Shown here: positions 60,472 to 64,000 of the stretch, piece after piece
Numbering within the stretch: position 1 is the stretch's first letter
Layout of the letters: every line of letters begins with the position of its first letter
Assembly (NCBI GenBank): GCA_949289575.1
Contig: CASEOG010000001.1
Span: 24,671 to 88,670, forward strand
DNA: 64,000 bases
DNA from: an uncultured Spirochaetales bacterium
GTDB taxonomy: Bacteria; Spirochaetota; Spirochaetia; JAFGXN01
Direction of reading: 5' to 3'
Program-made: the position numbers and the translations under genes
Notes under the pieces: model-generated
Database searches by the model: none
What the model saw: only the letters and a program-made list of their open reading frames with translations
Told to the model about the DNA's origin: nothing

Positions 60472-61494
60472 ATGAGTCAGGGACGTTTTTATACTTTGAA
60501 AAACAAAAACGGTATGGAGATCAGACTTTTCGATTACGGTGCAACCTTGGCCGGCATTACCGTTCCCGACAGAGAGGGCCGTTTCGAGGATGTGGCTTTC
60601 GGATTCGATAATCTGGAAGGATACCTGAATGACAACGATTACTTCGGATCGACAGTCGGACGTCATGCCGGGCGTATCGGCGGCGGACGGTTCGAAATCG
60701 ACGGCACGGTCCATCAGCTGGCGGTCAACAACGGACCGAACCACCTGCACGGCGGCATCAAAGGTTTCGATAAAGTCTTTTGGAATGCACAGGAAGTGAC
60801 GAAAAAAAACGGGAAAGCCGTCAGTTTTTCTTACATGAGCCCCGACGGCGAAGAACATTTTCCCGGCAATCTGACCGTTTCGGCCGTTTACACACTGACC
60901 GACAACGATGAAATTATCATCGACCTCTATGCGGTAACCGACAAGGCCACACCCGTCAATCTGACGAATCACGCCTATTTCAACCTGTCGGGAGCCGGCA
61001 ATCCGTCGATTCTGGATCATCGGATGAAACTGGACTGCGATTTTTTTCTGCCGGGCGACGAAGGTCTGATTCCGACGGGAGAAGTGGCTCCGGTCGACGG
61101 AACACCGCTCGATTTCCGCGAATTTAAAGTCATCGGGAAAGAAATCGACGCCGACCATCCCTCGACAAAATTCGGAGCCGGATACGATCTTGCTTTCGTT
61201 GTCAACGGAAAAGGCAACAGCACGGTTCACGTCGCAACCGTTATCGACGACAAAAGCGGACGGAGACTGGATGTCTCCACCAATCAGAAGGCGGTCATCT
61301 TCTATACCGGAAACTTCTTAAAAGGAACATTCAAAGCGAAAGACGGAAAAACTTATCCGCGCCGATCCGGGTTCTGCCTCGAACCGGGAGCCTTCCCCGA
61401 TTCTCCGAACAAATCGTGGTTTCCGAACATCATCCTCAAACCGGGAGAATTATACCACAACCAAATTATTTACAAATTCAGTGTCGAAAAATAG
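60472..61494 (+). CDS. galM: Aldose 1-epimerase (galactose mutarotase)
   Basis: 340 aa with mutarotase-family motifs (...NHLHGG..., ...TNHAYFNL..., ...GFCLEP...). Confidence 0.85.
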   Translation: MSQGRFYTLKNKNGMEIRLFDYGATLAGITVPDREGRFEDVAFGFDNLEGYLNDNDYFGSTVGRHAGRIGGGRFEIDGTVHQLAVNNGPNHLHGGIKGFDKVFWNAQEVTKKNGKAVSFSYMSPDGEEHFPGNLTVSAVYTLTDNDEIIIDLYAVTDKATPVNLTNHAYFNLSGAGNPSILDHRMKLDCDFFLPGDEGLIPTGEVAPVDGTPLDFREFKVIGKEIDADHPSTKFGAGYDLAFVVNGKGNSTVHVATVIDDKSGRRLDVSTNQKAVIFYTGNFLKGTFKAKDGKTYPRRSGFCLEPGAFPDSPNKSWFPNIILKPGELYHNQIIYKFSVEK

Positions 61495-61498
61495 AATC

Positions 61499-63172
61499 TC
61501 AAAAAGATTCCGAAAACGGCCCGACGGTTCCGCAACCGTCGAGCCATTTTTTTTCTTCTTCACTCAACCGCGATTCGTCAATCAGCTCTTTTTCGAAAGG
61601 AAAATCGGTGATTCTTTCGAAATGAAGCAGACCCGATTTCCGGTCGGCCGCAATCGCATACAGGTTCTCCAGACGAATTCCGTAAGAACCTTTGCGGTAA
61701 CAGCCGGGCTCGATCGAAACAATGATGCCGGGTTGCGCCCCCACCCCGCACGACGGCGAAATCGAGAAAGGCGGTTCGTGGACACAGTTAAGCCAGCCGA
61801 CTCCGTGGCCGGTTCCGTGTCCGTATTTCACACCGCCCCGTTCGGCCTCGCTGCGGGCAATCGCATCGAGATCCGCTCCCGGTGTTCCCGCCGGAAAAAC
61901 CGTCCGCGCCAACGCGATATGCGCTTTCAGTACCGTTGTGTAGTCGCGCACCGCTTCCGCCGGAGGCCGGCCGCCGCCGGTCCAAAAGACGCGGGTCATA
62001 TCGGTTGTCCCGTCTGTCGTATGAATACCGCAATCGAGCAGCAGCAGACCGCCGCTTTTCACCGGTGCCGCCGTTGCCGGTTCCGGTTTGTAATGCACCA
62101 CCGCCCCGTTTTCGCCGAACGCCGCAATCGTTTCAAACGACGCCCCGCGGTAGCGGCCGCTGTCGAGACGGAACGCTTCCAGGCGGCGCGCGACATCGGC
62201 CTCGGTAAAAGCCGCCCCCTCCGCGGCCGCCCGCAAGAGCCATTCGCGAAGGCGCGCCGCAGCCCGCTTTTCGACCGCCGCGGCCCGCTTGACGGCGGCG
62301 ATCTGCGAGCGCGTTTTAACGGTTTGCAGCATACGAATCCGCAAACCTCCGTCCGACAATATATTACCGCGGTCCGTCAGCCGTTCCCTCAAATTTTCGT
62401 TCAAATCGGAAAAGGAGCATTCGATTTTCATTCCGGTAACGGTTTCGATTTTCGAAGAGAATTCCGAATAAGGAAAAACCGTAACCCCGGGCAACGGTTC
62501 GGGCAGCGGATGGTCGCAAAAGAGCACGGCCTCGTTTCCGGTGATCCACATCCACGCATAAAAAAAGAGATCGCCCCCTTCCTGTCCGAACAGCCGGAAG
62601 CCGGTAAGCCAGGCAATCGTATCCGGAGCCGTCAGCAAAACGACGTCGCTGTCCGTTTCCCGGCGAAGCCGTTTCATTTTTTTTAAAAACGCGGCACGGA
62701 TATTTTTTTCCGCCGGTGCCAGAGGGCCGGTTCCCGGGAAAAACCGGCGTCCGGGTTCGGGATCGAAATCGATTAACGCCGCTCCCTTTTGACGGCACAC
62801 CGCTTCCAGAGAGGCGTAAAGCGGATGGGCAATACCGTTTTTATTGACCGCCACCGTATCTCCTCTCCGCACTTCGTCAAGCAGCCACTCCTCCAAAGAG
62901 GGAACACCGGGCTCGCCGTCCCGAATCAGTACGGTCTCACTCTCCCCGAAAAGCCGTTCGCATTCAAGGTAGTAACGGCTGTCGGTTCGGAAGAAGGTCC
63001 GGGTCCGGGTCAAAATCACCACGCCGGCGGAACCGCGAAAGCCGAGAAGCCGTTTTCTGACATTAAAAAAATCGGGCACATTTTCACACAAATGAGGATC
63101 GGATGAAAAAAGAATCAGCAGATCGATCTCTTCCGCCTCCATCCTCTTTCGAATTTCATCTGTCGGGCTCAT
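61499..63172 (-). CDS. M24B Xaa-Pro aminopeptidase with creatinase-type N-terminal domains
   Basis: 557 aa. The C-terminal pita-bread-fold metal ligands are present (...HGTGHGVG..., ...EPG...). Confidence 0.75.
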   Translation of the reverse strand: MSPTDEIRKRMEAEEIDLLILFSSDPHLCENVPDFFNVRKRLLGFRGSAGVVILTRTRTFFRTDSRYYLECERLFGESETVLIRDGEPGVPSLEEWLLDEVRRGDTVAVNKNGIAHPLYASLEAVCRQKGAALIDFDPEPGRRFFPGTGPLAPAEKNIRAAFLKKMKRLRRETDSDVVLLTAPDTIAWLTGFRLFGQEGGDLFFYAWMWITGNEAVLFCDHPLPEPLPGVTVFPYSEFSSKIETVTGMKIECSFSDLNENLRERLTDRGNILSDGGLRIRMLQTVKTRSQIAAVKRAAAVEKRAAARLREWLLRAAAEGAAFTEADVARRLEAFRLDSGRYRGASFETIAAFGENGAVVHYKPEPATAAPVKSGGLLLLDCGIHTTDGTTDMTRVFWTGGGRPPAEAVRDYTTVLKAHIALARTVFPAGTPGADLDAIARSEAERGGVKYGHGTGHGVGWLNCVHEPPFSISPSCGVGAQPGIIVSIEPGCYRKGSYGIRLENLYAIAADRKSGLLHFERITDFPFEKELIDESRLSEEEKKWLDGCGTVGPFSESF

Positions 63173-63256
63173 GTTTTCAGTATAGTCTCCGGAACCGGTT
63201 TCGGCAAGAGCGTTCGGAGCGAAAAATCACTTTCGTTCCGCTGTCGAAAAAAAAGA

Positions 63257-63285
63257 TTGTCACTTTTGATTTTTCGTGTTATACT
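63257..63285 (+). promoter_or_regulatory. Candidate sigma70 promoter TTGTCA-17-TATACT upstream of the metalloregulator gene
   Basis: TTGTCA at 63257-63262, a 17-nt spacer and TATACT at 63280-63285. The -10 element is only 5 nt from the GTG start, which would imply a leaderless or very short leader. Confidence 0.3.
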
Positions 63286-63290
63286 GAGTT

Positions 63291-63725
63291 GTGTTACAGG
63301 AATTATCCGAAAGTCTGGAAGATTATCTGGAAGCGATTTATCATCTGCAGAAAGAGTTCAAAGTAGCCCGGGTCAAAGATATCGCTTCCCGTCTCAATGT
63401 CAAAATGCCCTCCGTGACCAATGCCGTCAAAGTTCTGAAGTCGAGAGAGTTAATCGATTACGAGAAAAATTCGTTCATCACTCTGACAAAAGAAGGCGAA
63501 AAGCTGGCAAAAAAGATTACGCACAAGCATGAAGTATGCGAGGAATTTTTCTCGGAAATGCTGAATGCGGAACCGGAAGAATCGCGCATTTTGGCCTGCG
63601 CCGTCGAACATTACATTTCCGGGGCAACAGCCGCCAAAATCGAAGATTTAACCGGTTTAATCCGGGATTACTGCGAAAAAGATCCGGCCTTTTTCAGCCG
63701 GATGAGTGCCATCAGGAACGGTTGA
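63291..63725 (+). CDS. DtxR/MntR-family metal-dependent transcriptional repressor (TroR-like)
   Basis: The N-terminal helix-turn-helix reads ...LSESLEDYLEAIYHL...VARVKDIASRLNVKMPSVTNAVKVL..., followed by a metal-binding/dimerisation domain. The start is a GTG. Confidence 0.75.
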   Translation: MLQELSESLEDYLEAIYHLQKEFKVARVKDIASRLNVKMPSVTNAVKVLKSRELIDYEKNSFITLTKEGEKLAKKITHKHEVCEEFFSEMLNAEPEESRILACAVEHYISGATAAKIEDLTGLIRDYCEKDPAFFSRMSAIRNG

Positions 63726-63727
63726 AG

Positions 63728-64000
63728 ATGATTGATTTTTTATCCGAAATTCTCCTTAACGAACCGGTTGCACCGGATTTTTACCGGATGCGTTTTACGC
63801 TTCCCGAAACGGTTGCGCCGCTGCCGGGACAATTTTTTTCAGTGAAAGACGAGCAGCCGACCGGGACGCTTTTAAGGCGTCCGTTTGCCTTTTCGGATGT
63901 CGGCGACGGTACGGCCGAAATGATTTACCAGCTGCGGGGAGAGACGACGCGGTCTCTGGCCCGACGGCAGCCGGGAGACCGGATTTCGGTTCTGCTGCCG
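63728..64000 (+). CDS. Dihydroorotate dehydrogenase electron-transfer subunit-like (PyrK-type FAD/NAD-binding); 3' end lies outside the window
   Basis: The N-terminal beta-barrel FAD-binding region reads ...FYRMRFTLPE...PGQFFSVK...RRPFAF.... The ORF is open to the window edge. Confidence 0.45.
   Translation, partial: MIDFLSEILLNEPVAPDFYRMRFTLPETVAPLPGQFFSVKDEQPTGTLLRRPFAFSDVGDGTAEMIYQLRGETTRSLARRQPGDRISVLLP

Overview
This window is a gene-dense chromosomal segment of roughly 50-53% GC, apparently from a spirochaete (Treponema-like; inferred from gene content and order: CheX-type phosphatase, Rnf complex, LolCDE-like system, PEGA protein). It contains no rRNA, tRNA or CRISPR. Most of it is housekeeping. 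There is a chemotaxis module (cheB, 5'-truncated, then cheD, cheY, cheX-like), the grpE-dnaK-dnaJ heat-shock operon, a two-component pair and a Na+/solute symporter operon. A metal-transport cluster follows (DUF1007, NicO fused to a periplasmic binding protein, FecCD, ATPase, FmdE), then a Gld-like ABC-2 exporter, RNase Z, a McsA / McsB-like / ClpC module, LolCDE-like genes, ftsY, prfB, the six-gene rnfCDGEAB operon and assorted enzymes (GH3 beta-glucosidase, CapA, map, nusB, a SurA-like isomerase). The window ends with secG-tpiA-pgk-gap, galM, an M24 peptidase and a DtxR-family regulator. Three things stand out. (1) A compositionally foreign low-GC islet (about 12441-13806) carries a single gene with its own near-consensus sigma70 promoter and terminator. 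The gene encodes a protein with an N-terminal PD-(D/E)xK (NucS/DUF91-like) nuclease signature and an uncharacterised C-terminal domain, and it is followed by tandem palindromic 27-bp repeats. It is a candidate solitary nuclease or defence gene. (2) A NicO-type Ni/Co permease is fused in-frame to a TroA/FecB-like substrate-binding domain inside a DUF1007 / ABC permease / ATPase / FmdE operon. (3) A McsA / McsB-like / ClpC operon has a McsB homologue whose phosphagen-kinase signature motif is altered (Cys to His, Arg to Glu). There is also an 11-copy, 18-bp in-frame tandem repeat (GENPS[A/V] hexapeptide) in an exported protein gene co-transcribed with the LolCDE-like genes. All calls are from reading the sequence and the ORF translations by eye; no database searches were run.
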